DNA of 64,000 nucleotides, from NCBI RefSeq assembly GCF_006345805.1, contig NC_042998.1, positions 188,604,001 through 188,668,000 of the forward strand, written 5' to 3'. Within the stretch, counting starts at the first letter, position 1; the number at the start of each line of letters is the position of its first letter. Of this stretch, positions 27,254-39,784 are shown piece after piece. The translations under genes and the position numbers were made by a program. This stretch comes from Octopus sinensis. Taxonomy: Eukaryota. A model generated the notes under the pieces. It saw nothing but the letters and a program-made list of their open reading frames with translations. It had not been told where the DNA came from and searched no databases.

Positions 27254-27348
27254 CTATATATATATATATATATATAATGTGCTGTACCGTGTCAGAAAGA
27301 TCAACAAAAAAGTACTCCATCTTGTGAGAGATAAATACATGTCTTTAA

Positions 27349-27403
27349 GTGCTACTAATAGTTTCATATGTTGAGAAATATCTCAGTCATATTCATCAGG
27401 CAC
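27349..27403 (-). ncRNA. Type I hammerhead ribozyme, canonical core (duplicate)
   Basis: Identical to 25842-25896. Confidence 0.8.
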
Positions 27404-27608
27404 AAACTACATACCATAACGAACTAAAAAAATTGAATAAGAGAAGAAATACGAAAAATCTGAGAAGACAGCACATAGAAAAAGTAGAAGGTCAAAATAA
27501 AACGGAAAACGAAAACGAAAACGTAACAATTAAAAGGTAAAAAGTAAAAAGGCAAAAGAGTTATCCTCCTTAGACCTTAAATTATAAGGCTGGAAAGATA
27601 TCAACAAG

Positions 27609-27971
27609 TTAGTCAAGTGTAGGTGGAATTTCAGACCTGTATTTCAGTAGAGAGTTAGAGATCTTTGATCTGAACCGGATCTGAGCTCTTACAGCTAAAC
27701 ATAGCCTAAATTTATTCGATTCATTAACATAAGATATGGATTTCTCAATTATTTTCCACTTAATCACACGTGGTGTTTCGTTATCTTTCAAAGTCCATAC
27801 GTAGCTAGCCAGCTTAGTAGCTTTGCTTTTGTCCCTATATCGGAAGGAGGCTATGTGATTGGTGTAGCGATTTCCAAATTCTCCTTCATATAATCCAATA
27901 TAGGTCTTATCTGTTGTATTATCATTTAGGGTTGCAGTAAATTCTACCTCATATATGACATATTTAATCAT
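27609..27971 (-). pseudogene. Penelope-type GIY-YIG endonuclease domain (duplicate)
   Basis: Same protein as 26102-26464 except E->G and V->I. Confidence 0.88.
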
Positions 27972-28697
27972 ACATCGTTGGACAGGATTCTGGGTTGCGA
28001 CGGTTACAACTGGATTTAAGCTCTTGGTACTGACTTCGTGTAACGATACTCTTCATATTGGGGTTGTAGTTATATGATAGAACGCCTATTAAATATTTTC
28101 CGGTATCTATAAGTTACTGGAAAGTGCTTGTCAAGGAGAAACAAGAATATTTTACCCATGTCAGATTTTCTATTAAGGTAAAAAGGAGGAGCGAACCAAA
28201 TAGTTTTCCTTGACCCATTTTTAGGTCACTTAATATTATTATTTTGGCCCAGGATCTTATTCACTTTATGTCAGAAATTTTCAGCGGTTGTATACATATG
28301 TATAAATATATTTTGAAGAATTGGAAAATTCTGCCTATACCTGACTAACTTGTTGATATCTTTCCAGCCTTATAGTTTAAGGTCAAAAGAGGATAACTCT
28401 TTTACATTTTAGTTGTTACGTTTTCATTTTCCGTTTTACGTTTCAGTGTGTTTTCAACCTTCCGCATTTTCTATATGTTGCCGTCTCAGCTTTTTCGCGT
28501 CTCCTCCCTTATTCAATTTTTTTTAGTCCGTTATGATATGTGGTTTGTGCCTGATGGATATGTTTGAGATATTTCTCAATATATGAAACTATTCGTAACA
28601 CTTAAAGACATGTATTGTGTCCTTTTAATAAATAATGCATACACACAACACATACACACACTTGTATATGTGCGTATGTGCGAGTGTGTGCATGTGT

Positions 28698-28764
<67 letters not shown>

Positions 28765-29769
28765 ATGCATGCATGCATGGATGAATGGATATGAACTTAT
28801 TTCACTGCTGCTTGGCAACCGGTCGGTTTATTTGCATCTACGTTATTTAATGATTCGTCAAAAGAGAACAATTAGAAAAAGTACTAGGCTTTAATACAAT
28901 AAGTCGTGAAGTCGATTGAGTCGAAAAACTCTTCATTATGGTCGCAGTCCAATGACTAAAACAAGTAAAGGAATAAAAGAATAAAAATATACAGGAACAA
29001 CAATCAGTATAATCTGCATTTAGAAAACAAAATGTAAAATACACAAACGTAAGAACAAACCATACTTTTCTCAAAGGGATTCGTAAAGGAAGAGAAGTTA
29101 GAGAATAACATCGTGACTAAAACAATATCGTGGACTCGGCTTATCGGGAACTTTAATCTACTCCATATCCATGTCTTTAGCATAAAGTATAATGTAAAAC
29201 TTGTCCAGCGTCTGTGATTTTATCACTCATGTTTTTTTCTTTCTAGTATGATTGATGCAATTAAGGTTATCGTTTGCAACGTAAAACAATCTCTACAGCC
29301 CATACAACCGTATGTCTACATGGATTAATTACGCCGCCTGTTCCTTTATCCTTTACATTTAAGCAACTTGCCGAGGTATCTAGTAATATAAACAAACATA
29401 AACGAGACTAAATGTCATTTAAAAGATTCATCCATCCAATTTCCAATTACCAATTTGTTTTTATGCTTATTTATTGTGTACCGCGAAAAACAAAATCTTA
29501 CAACTTTCTTTAATTCTATATTTCATTAGAGCTTAGCCTACAGCGTCTGAATCTCTCAACCTTTTTTAATTTGATTAGAACCATGTCCACAAACGTATTT
29601 ACACTTTCCTACACACGCACAGAATGTATCAGAATGTTAATATATTAGATTCAGCATATTCAATGTTGGGAGTATTTGAAGGCTAAGTAAGCAGTAGTGA
29701 AAAAATAAAGACACTGTTAAGTCAATGACTAATATAATACTGTTTGTCTCAGCAAGTACCGGACCTAGT

Positions 29770-29810
29770 CGCGGCCATGTTTTGGTCTTATTAGGACCTC
29801 AACAGCAATG
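29770..29810 (-). ncRNA. Possible decayed hammerhead-like motif
   Basis: Minus strand CTGTTGA-GGTCC taata AGACC-AAAACATG; two core changes and weak stem I. Confidence 0.3.
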
Positions 29811-30055
29811 TACAGCTTTCATCATTCTGGCTGAAGAAGTAATCGAATGATGGATCTCCGTGGTTTGACGAGGATTCATAGGTTCTATCAACAGAATTAT
29901 CTGCCCCTGATTAACATATAAATGGTTGAGTATTCCACACACGCACGTATACACTTAACATAATTTTCAGGCAGTATGAGCGTGACACAGTGTGTGGCGA
30001 ATAAGTACAAAATAGCCCGGCTATGGAAAATGATGAAGATGAAGATAGTGTCAAT

Positions 30056-30275
30056 TATAGTTGGGTCCTTAGGAATAATTGGGAAGGTACGAAGATGAAT
30101 ATAAAGGAAATTGGAATAGAGTTCACAGTAGAACTGTTACAAAAGGTTTGCCTCCTTGGCACAGCCAGAATAATCATGAAAGTATTAGTTAGCTGAAAAG
30201 AGCGGATAGTATAGCACCGAAGGCTGCAGGTAGCAAGTCCACTACTCATGCAAGACTCCAGGGGGCTCCAACAAG
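30056..30275 (+). pseudogene. R4/Dong-type LINE 3' fragment
   Basis: IVGSLGII...KEIGIEFTVELLQKVCLLGTARIIMKVLVS* followed by a 3' UTR similar to 18950-19030. Confidence 0.7.
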
Positions 30276-31095
30276 ATGCCATACAGTGAAACTGAAGCTG
30301 GGACCATGCGGTTGGAAAGCAAGCTTCTTGAGACACAGCCACGCCTGCACCTATAAAAAATAGAGTTGCATTTTATTTTTATGAAAATGAAAAGTATGCC
30401 TTGTCTTTAAGGAAACAGATGTCTTTCACTATTAAATACAGTAATACGGAAATATGATAGATTAATACTCGGACGTTGTAACCACATTGTTTGTATAATG
30501 ATGCTAATATATGTGTATACATGTATGCAACCAAAATTCTTTGCAACCTACCTGGATAATTTTAAATGGTTGTAAAAATGTTTAAAAATCCAATTTTAAT
30601 GAAAATGCTGCTTTTATATTCCATTCCAATGCAATTTTTGCCCCAAACCCACACTTCTCTACAGTTTTTATTCGCTTTGATCACCACTTCTCAAAACTTC
30701 TAGTCTCCATCTTTAAACCTAAGTTCACTTCCTTGTCACTTCCACCCGATAGTCTAATTTTTTAGAAGGAATTCGTCCTAAACCGGAACTGCCATGTTAT
30801 GTTGCCAAACAAACTTTACTACAAAGTACTGTTGCTGAATATCTCACGTTGTGAGATTTAAAAATACTAATTTTCTAATTTATAGATCAGTGACTAGTGT
30901 CACTTTGAAGACTATATATTTCGACCGGGAATTTGGCAGCGCCACCTCACCCGAACAATTTTTTGTTTTTGTTTTTGGAAGAACTCGAGCCGAATTTTTG
31001 GTTCGAGGCCGCCATTGTTGGGTGGTGGTGAATAACTGAGAAAACTGAGAAGTTATCCAGAAACTACTGGAGATCGAGTTCTCCTACACCCACGT

Positions 31096-32400
31096 GTGCT
31101 GAAACAGGAGATGTTACAGTGGAATGGAGAGATGATAAAGAAATATCGTAGTATGGTAGAGAAGGAAGGATCAAATATAAAAATGACCCTGCCAGAGGAG
31201 GAAAAAGTGAAAGTAGAAAAGAAGACAGTCATATTCGGAACATTTTCAAATAAAAATAGAATTGAATACACGCTGCAAGAAGAAATAGAAGAAATTTTGG
31301 AAGAACCTATAGGGGACAGCATAACGTTCTTTACGAGAGGAAAGAGATATACGTCTATAGTTGTAACCTTTATATTAGAAGAGGAGGCGGAAAAGAAGCT
31401 GATACAGGAAGAAAAATGAACTTTGATGTCAAACTATTTGGACAAAAGAATAGTCAGAATTAGGGTAGGAAGAATCCCACCGTGGGTAGATCCAGAGTGG
31501 ATAATAGCTGCAATTTTTTATTCAGAGATGAGGAAGGAAAGCGAAGACGTGAAGATGGGCATGATAAGCCAAACCCAACAAGTGAAGTGCTGGGGTTACG
31601 GATTAGAGATAATCTGTGCAGTGAGCCCGAAATATTACAACGAAATACCTGAAACTTTAGAGCTACCATATGAAGAAAAACTGGAGATAATGTTGGAGGG
31701 GAAACCCCGGAAGTATTAGGAATGTGGTGAAAGAGGGCACTTGAGAAAGAAATGCCCTAGAGCAGCAGTGGAAAGTGTAGAGGAGAGCATTCAGGGGGAT
31801 ATAATGGTAGAGAGACAGCAGAAACAGATAACAGAAGAAGGCGGGAATTTTGCGGAAGTGGAAGCAAGAATAAGAGAGAGGAGGAAGTCACAAATGAAAG
31901 TGGAATTGAAGAAGTACAAAGCAATAGAAGAGGAAACCCAACCTATGATGAGAAACGGGGAAGATTTACCAGTAGGATCACCAGTAAAGGACTTACAGGT
32001 ACAGAAACATTCAAATTCACAGACACTCAAACACACAGACATGCAAAAGCACAGACGTATAGACGAACAGAAACAAGATAATTCAGAATTACGGAAACCT
32101 AAAGACATAGACACACAGACGAAACGCAGAATTACAGTCAAACGAACACACTCACAAGCATACAGACACAATCACAGGGAAGCCAAGAATTACAGAAATA
32201 CAGAGCCAAAAGAGAAACAAACACGCAAGATACAAACAGAAGCAAGAATTTTAAATGAAGTAGGACACCCTAAATGTTAAAAGAATTTCAAAATTGAAAG
32301 GCATTATGAAAGAGTGAACCCACTGAGGCCAGAGGTGGAAGTTGAACCTTGCACCTCGGTGGTGAATTATATTGAGGAAAAGGAGAAGGTGAAGTGGTAA
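31096..32400 (+). pseudogene. L1/Tx1-type ORF1 (gag-like), interrupted by stops
   Basis: Collinear same-frame ORFs 31096-31419, 31423-31719 and 31741-32280 with a zinc-knuckle remnant KY*ECGERGHLRKKC and C-terminal PEVEVEPCTSVVNY. Confidence 0.7.
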
Positions 32401-32425
32401 GTCGTGATTTATTTGAAAGACTGAT

Positions 32426-32890
32426 TTTCTTTTATTTACCCACAAGGGGCTAAAAATAGATGAGACAATACACACATGCGGGAACAATCAACACATGAAA
32501 GAATGGAATAGTGAAATTATACAATGAAGATGGAACGGCCACCCCAGCCCCGCTCCGGGGTAGTTACATCATTTCAATTATTTCAACAATCTTCAGCAGT
32601 TCTTTTCAAAATAAAACTCTACTTACCGTTTTATATAGTTCTTAATTTTCTCATAGTTCACCACTGGAGCACTGGGTTCGAAATTCACCTCGGGCACCAG
32701 TAGGTTTTTATCAGATGGGAAAACCTCTTTTAACTTTCTATACTTATCTTTTTCCATCAAAATCTATTTCTTCTCCTTCTCGTAATCCCCCGAGAGGTCC
32801 ACTTCAACAATGTCTTTCATTTCAATTATTTTCCTTTCTACTTTTTTTTTTTGTAATGACCGATATGTTATCAAATATATTCTGTTCCTG
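32426..32890 (-). mobile_element. 3' part of an ORF1-only (HAL1-like) element with SINE A-type tail
   Basis: Minus-strand peptide LVPEVNFEPSAPVVNYEK, homologous to the ORF1 end at about 32330-32375, followed about 200 bp later by TTTAGCCCCTTGTGGGTAAATAAAAGAAA. Confidence 0.55.
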
Positions 32891-32899
32891 TGTACCCCT

Positions 32900-33498
32900 C
32901 CCCAAAAAGCTGCAAAGGAGGTGAAAGAAAAAAAACCCCAGAAAAACCGGAAAAACGCTTCAGAGAAGAAGGAAGAAAAAGTAGCTGTGGAGAAGAAAGA
33001 CACAAATGAAGAAGTGCATTTTACCACAGTTACACACAAACAAAAAAAAGACACATGTCTCTGATTCCCCCTCCCAAATCAAAAAAATCAACAAAGCACG
33101 CAACAGACGCACATAACCAAACACCCCAACCCAACCCCACGGTAAAATCATTTATCAACTCCCCGCCACCCAAAACACGCGAAAAAACAGTGACCTTTAG
33201 AGAGAAAAATGAAGCGCTGTCTAAAATAATTAGAGCACACCAAAAGGCACGTATGCACAAAATATTGAAAGACACACCGACAAGCATTAGATTTGCAATA
33301 ATGGACGAAAGCCTATTGACAGACCTGAAAGCGCGTTACTGGGACGATATAAGAGATTTCAGTACTGAAGTGGCAGAGGGAAAATTAATTGTAAGCCCGG
33401 CAGTCACACCAATGAAAAGCCCAGCGGCTACACCAGTAAAAGAAAAGGATGGAGAAGCAGCCGAATTTGTGCAGCTCATCCTCAAACTTAAATTGTAA
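32900..33498 (+). pseudogene. ORF1 C-terminal part of the Tx1-type LINE
   Basis: Lys/Pro-rich frames 32900-33064 and 33055-33498, ending 26 bp upstream of the ORF2 ATG at 33525. Confidence 0.55.
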
Positions 33499-33524
33499 GT
33501 AATTCCTTTCTATAAATTTTTATC

Positions 33525-35708
33525 ATGTCGACTAAGCTAGGGTAGATAAATGCGCGTGGGCTGAGGTCGAAATAGAAACAAGCTTGTTTCCTGGACAACC
33601 GCGACTTTCGGCACGTGAGGCGGAATGCTGCGGAAGTTGGAACGAGAAGCGTGGGGAATCCCTAAAGCGCTTCCTCGCCGGTTGGCCGCGTCTCTCGGCA
33701 CGTGAGGTGGAATGCTGTGAAGGACTGATTACACCTGCGAAGGTCAAAGACGTGTTGGCCGAGTGCGCCAGGTTCAAGTCGCCGGGGCTGGATGGTCTAC
33801 CCTATGAGTTTTATCGTAGTATACCGGACTTGTTCGGGGACCTCCTGGCTAGCGTCTACACAAACTGGCAACAGAATGGGAGGATTCTCGGCTCTGTGAG
33901 TCGGAGAGTGGTGGTGCTGACCCAGAAGGACCCGAGCAAGGGGAACATTATAAGTAATTACAGATGTAGAGTTAAAGATTTTGGTCAAGGTGTTAGCCAA
34001 AAGGTTGAGCGTGTCGTGGAGATGCTCGTCGGGAAGTCGCAGACATGCACCATCCCAGGCAGGTCAATCCAGGACAATCTTCACCTTATACGCTACACCT
34101 TAGACAGGTTGGATAAATTAACCGGCAAAGGTGAGACACTGGTCCATTTAGACCAAAGTAAAGCGTTTGATAGGGACCTCGAAACGGCTGGGCTGGGCCC
34201 GGACTTCCGTAAATGGATCTCCGCAATGTATAGCGGCATCAAATCCACCGTCGGAGCCGTTTTCGATCAAGCGCTCAGTTCGTCAAGGGTGTCCACTGTC
34301 TCGCTTCTGTATGTGTTGGCTCTTGAGCCATTACTGCGGAAGTTGGAGAATTTGGGGCGCACCTCTAATGTAATCGAATGCGGTAAGTCGGTCTCTGCTT
34401 CTGCAGATGACGTTTCCATCATCGTGTCTAATGAAGCGCAACTACCTTGTGTAGAGGACGCTATCAAAGGATACGAGGCGGTGGCAGGGGCAAAAGTTAA
34501 CAGGGACAAGTCCATCGGCTAGCGCCTTGGCACCAGGAGAAGCAAGTCGATATCGTCCAGTGTCGTGGGTCACTTGGAAATAGGTTCTGTTAAGTTGCTT
34601 GGAGTTTGGTTTGGACCGACTCTCAGACTGAGAAGAACTGGAGCGAGGTAGCAGTCAGGTTGGAGGCCCTAGTCCGGAGTTGGTCCAGACGGGATCTGTC
34701 CCTGAAAGGAAGGGCGGAGGTGGTACAGGTGTTTATTGCTTCTGTAATCACCTACCGCTAACCTTTGTCCCCTGCCCCGTCTCATGGCTAAACAAGTTGG
34801 AGCACTTCCTCTTCTGCTTATTGTGAAAAGGAGGAAAGCCACTTGTGAGGCGCTCTGTCTGCTGCCAAGAACCGTTAAAGGGTGGGTTAGGGATGCCCTG
34901 GCTAATGATGCGCAGACATGCGTTGAGGCTGAGACATCTCTAGCGCTACCTGGAAGGTGACAAGGTGTGGAATCCGCTGGCAGAGGAATTCTTTCCGCGA
35001 CCAGTCTCCTTGGAGAGATTCAAACCCGGTTTCATTAAAAGACGCAATCTGACAGAATGGCAAAAGGAGTGTCGACAGGCACTCGTGCTTATCCACAAGA
35101 TGGACAAGGCCGGTAGTGGGAATACCACCTCGGTTTTGTATAAAGGACTGGTAGAGTATAAAAATTATGACGTCCTAGAGGGGCTCTGGAGTTCGACGAG
35201 AACCTTCTTGCCAACCTGTTCCAAAAAACTTTCAGACCAGGGTATTTGGAACGCTTTACCGGTTCGCGAGAAGTTATCTGGACACGGAATGTCAGTGCCA
35301 ACAGCATGTCCAAGATGTGGACTGGACGATGAAACTGTCCAGCACGCTTTTGTACAGTGCCGGAAGCTTTCAGGCTTGGTAATTTACGTTGAATTCGTGT
35401 TGTCACACCTAAGCAAAGTACAGCTATCAGCTGAGTCTATAATAAAGATTGTACCGCCAACCGGACTCTCAAAGGAAGGTGAGGCATGTTTTCTCTGTTC
35501 AGTTGCAGTGTTGAAAGAGTTCGTGTGGAAGACCAGATTGCAAGGATTCGTGACGGGATCCTTCATCTCTGGCTCTAGTTTGCTGACATACTTCAGATCT
35601 CATCTGAAGAGCACGATAGGGCTGGATAGGAGATGCCTGTTGCGAGGTGTGTTCGAGAAAAGATGGAAGGCTATGATAAGAAAGGTGGGTGCAAGTGACC
35701 CTGCTTAA
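33525..35708 (+). pseudogene. L1/Tx1-clade LINE ORF2 (RT, C-terminal Cys motif; APE endonuclease largely deleted)
   Basis: MSTKLG*INARGLRSK APE start, then KSPGLDGLPYEFY, PGRSIQDNL, LDQSKAFDR, SVRQGCPLS, ADDVSI, CPRCGLDDETVQHAFVQC; frameshifts and stops. Confidence 0.9.
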
Positions 35709-35999
35709 TCCTCATGGGAAAGGGAAAATGTATAGACGCTGAGCTTTTCAGCCCATCAGGTTTAATCCTCTGCAGAACGTCAAATTTTAATTATATATCA
35801 TTTTATTTTTTTTTCATTTTATCTAGTTTCAGCTCACGTGCTGTGGCCATGCTGGGGCACCGCCATCATTCAATATTTTTTAAAACTAAGTATCATGCGA
35901 ACTCATAATAACAAGAATTGTTTGTATTGTCCTGTTTTGTCCCCTCTAGGTACGATATGAATTATCATAATAAAATATTCACCTCTAGCCGAACAATTA

Positions 36000-36046
36000 T
36001 TCTGTGCTGATGAAAGGAAATAACACGGAAATCGCGATACACAGAA
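36000..36046 (+). ncRNA. Minimal type I hammerhead-like motif, stem II decayed
   Basis: TTCTGTG-CTGATGA-aaggaaataacacg-GAA-ATCGCGAT-A-CACAGAA; 7-bp stem I, canonical core, palindromic stem III. Confidence 0.65.
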
Positions 36047-36376
36047 ATTGTTTTGAGCTGAGTGAGGGTGCTAGATTCCCTCGTTCGAAAATATTAGGAC
36101 ACGGGTCGTGTCGTATAGCCAGCTGTTGACGATGTCCCCTGGGGCTAAATTACAGCAACATTCGTCATAAACTGGTACTGTTATTTTATGTTGGCAAACA
36201 ATCTTTACTACAAAGTATTCAAGTATTTCAGCATTTCGCTATTTTATAGCTTTAGTTATTTCAAAGTCATGTTAATTATTTTTCATTTCTCTTTCATAAC
36301 GATATTTTCCTCTTTTATATATATTTCGATCTTAGAAATGCTTGGAAATTATGTTTTCCTTTCATATTGCAATAAC

Positions 36377-36680
36377 TGGAGGCGCAATGGCTCAGTGGTT
36401 AGGGCAACGGACTCGCGGTCGTAGGATCGCGGTTTCAATTCCCAGACCGAGCGTTGTGAGTGTTTATTGAGCGAAAACACCTAAAGCTCCACGAGGCTCC
36501 GACAGGGTGGTGGTGGCGATCCCTGTTGTACTCTTTCGCCACAACTTTCTCTCACTCTTTCTTCTGTTGGCTTAGCCAGCAGGGTGGCGTCATTTGAAGG
36601 CTAAAACAATGTGAAGCACATTGTGACCAGCGATGTGTAAACACATCTGATAGCCTGGTTGGTCACGATGATCACGGTGA
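36377..36680 (+). mobile_element. SINE family B (tail type 1)
   Basis: Full head and tail; TSD ATTGCAATAACT. Confidence 0.9.
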
Positions 36681-37999
36681 TTGCAATAACTAGATCTATG
36701 TCATTTTACATTTAGTGTCCGCACTTGTATATAAATGTTAGCAAGGCACTTCCGTGGTAATTTTTTTAACTTCACCTCCAACGTTTTGTGCATTTTATAT
36801 ATAAAACAGAATGGTCTTCGGAGTGGGCTTAAGATTTTCGATTTGGCTTCCATTTTTTAAAAATATTTTTACTTTCATGAATATAAAAATTACTTTTTGT
36901 AGATATATTTCGATTGCATTAAAAGTGTATAAGTTTTTTTGCTTAAACTTGTAATTACATTTTCTTCCTCTGTAATTTAAACAACAGAATTTTAAATTTT
37001 CAGGAACTCAAACGGTACAATTTAAATACTTTCATTATTGAACGCATGCATATAATTTTGAAAACTGATACAGCAATAAAAGTTATTCGTATTCTTTATC
37101 GTTATAATCAACATATAAATACATTTTATAAATGCAAATATATGAAGTATTGGGTTGTTATTATATATTATTGCTTTCAAAGATATTTATATTATCATAG
37201 TTTAAAAAAATATATTCAAAACATGAAGACTAGTTTTAAAAAAAAACTGTGAAGAGCGCAATAAAAAAGAATCCCGAGGTGGGGCAAAACCATCCAGATC
37301 TAAATGAATAATTATGAGGTCTCTATACTCTTTTTTGTAAATGTCCAAATATCTTGTCACCTAAAGATAAGGCAGGACATTTGATAGACTGATGAGGCAT
37401 ATTGGAATGAACTCCCTTTCTCATTTACACTTGGTACCAGTAGTCAAAAAGCGATGGCTATAACTTTTTTAGAACCGGAGAAACTGCAATAAATCTTGAA
37501 TTTGCCTTGTATTTTTATCTTTTACTAATTTCAGCAAGAAGCTGAGGCCTTACTGGAGTATCGTCTTTAGGTGCGATTGGGTTTCTTTTCTGTATTATTT
37601 CTGGTGATGTAGCAAGTTTGGCGGAGTTGTACGTCTTTCTACTTCCTGCTACGATGTGCGTTCATTTGGTGTCAGAGATAAAAACTTATCCTGACGCTCT
37701 TTCAGAACCTCCACATCTACACCTCGCAAACCTCTAAAGATGTCTAGCAGAATGTTGAATAGTTGTGGACATTTGAAATCCCAGCCGTTACAGTATTTCG
37801 TCCTTATTCTAGTTGAAAAGGACGAGAGCTTTGTTACTATGTAGTGCCGTCCAATCTAGCGGTTGGTACAACTTGTACACCCGTCTACCGGGAAGTATGC
37901 AAACAAGCAAGTCCGATGAGATATTCGACCCTTCAGATCTACAATGGCCGTTGATGAGATGAACACGAACCTAGATGGATTTCCGCTGTTCTTTTACAG

Positions 38000-38089
38000 A
38001 CATGCAAGAAAGCTCTCGCAAAACTAATGCAGATATTTTTCCAGATATTTTTCCTTGCAAATGGAAACTCCCCAAATTGTTAAAAGAAG
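38000..38089 (+). CDS. Candidate 90-nt internal exon (phase 1-1)
   Basis: TTCTTTTACAG acceptor, AAG/GTATGA donor, open frame MQESSRKTNADIFPDIFPCKWKLPKLLKE; no homology recognised. Confidence 0.25.
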
Positions 38090-38154
38090 GTATGATATTG
38101 CCTGACCATAAAGGAGGATACAAAACAGATGCTAAAGATTACATATATATATAC

Positions 38155-38220
<66 letters not shown>
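38155..38220. repeat. (GATA)n microsatellite
   Basis: Direct reading. Confidence 0.98.
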
Positions 38221-38222
<2 letters not shown>

Positions 38223-39147
38223 TTATATATATATATATATTATTTAATAAACATACACGCACACACACATACACACACACATATATTAGTTAATAAAGTC
38301 AGTGTTATAAGATTGATGCTCAGACGGCAGTATAATCGTACGGGCTAGTATAGCGTGCTGTATATTATCCTGTAATTGTTCAAGTTCAATATACAAATGT
38401 GTTTGTATGTGTGTGAGCATATTTGTAATATTTGTGTATGTACGTTTTGGGGTAAACGTATTGGAGATTGCTCTTAAGCAAAAAGGATGGCATCCGGGGA
38501 AACCGAGTCTGTAATACACTATCCATTTCTTATTGAAGCTGTCATGTACATGTACAAAAGGCATGAAAATATCAAAATCCAGTTTTTCATTTCCCAAGCT
38601 GTGGGCACTGGATGTTCCGTTGAATGTAAAAATAATCTAATAAACTTATACCTGTTGTACGGGAGCCATAAAACTATAGTTACGCAGCCTGTTTTTTCAT
38701 TTTCATATAAAAATAATTACTTTCATTAAAACATTAAGAAAAACAGTATCCTCACCATTTGCTAATTCCCTCTCACCGAATCTATAGCAAATAGTGTTTT
38801 AGTCATCTCTTTGTCTATCCCTCTCTCTCCACATATTTGTGTATGTGTGAGCATGCATGTGTGTGATGTATGTATGTGTGATTAATATGTATAGCTTTGC
38901 GTAAAAAATTGCGAGTAGGATCAGCATTAAGCCATTTGAAGTCTTTATTGTCGGTTCCCGTAATACATATGTTATCCATAAAATTAAAAAGAAAGAAGAT
39001 ATAAAGTGAAAAAGATATCTCCATCTGCTCACCAGATTAAACAATCAATTTACGTCTCCTCCTGAGTGTTTGTTTTGCTCTGCCTTTTGTCTTTCTTTGC
39101 TATTTGCTTTGTTTTGTTTTAATTTTTGTGTCATCTTTTATTTGTAA

Positions 39148-39548
39148 CTAGCAGTATCGCTCGGCGTTGCTCGGGTTTGTAAGGGGAATAACTATATAAG
39201 CATTTTTAGAGAGTTATAGCAAAAAAATAGCAAAAAAATGCACTAAAAATGGAAAAAGAATTATGGTAATTTTTTTTTTTTAATCGTTGACTCATCGTAG
39301 ACATTTTTAGAGAGTTACTTCCCTTATATAATAGCGAAACAATGCATTAAAATTGAAAAAAATGATGGTAAATTTTTTTTTTTAAATCGTAGACTCATCG
39401 TAGACGCGCGCTAATACCCAGAAGGGCTCAATATGAATCACGACTATAAGATACCTGGTTTTGGTTAAACTGCACCGCAAAATGTGGGAGTAGTTAGGAA
39501 TCTAAATCGTAGGAGACAGACACACAACTTCACTTTTATATATAAAGA
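39148..39548 (-). mobile_element. Non-autonomous Helitron
   Basis: Minus strand starts TCTTTATATATAAAAG and ends CCCGAGCAACGCCGAGCG-ATACTGCTAG (imperfect hairpin); inserted between A and T with no TSD; internal duplicated blocks. Confidence 0.8.
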
Positions 39549-39784
39549 TGATGAGAAAAAATGAGGTGAGTTAGTAGAATCTTTAGAGTCGAAAATTGGG
39601 ATATTTCCTCCGACTCTACTTTCTGGGTTCAAATCGCGCAAAGGTCAACTTTACCTTTCATCTCTCGGAGGTCAATAAAATAAAGTACCAGTCATGTACT
39701 GAGTTCGATATAATTGACTAATCCCTATCCTCATATTATTTCTAGCCGAAGGCCAAAAATCACTTGTTGAAGCAATACGTTGTT

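Larger units (their letters stand above)
27278..28637 (-). mobile_element. Penelope-like element copy 2 (tandem duplicate, offset 1507 bp)
   Basis: Near-identical to copy 1; GIY-YIG ORF 27609-27971; HHR motifs at 27349-27403 (-) and 28547-28601 (+). Confidence 0.9.
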
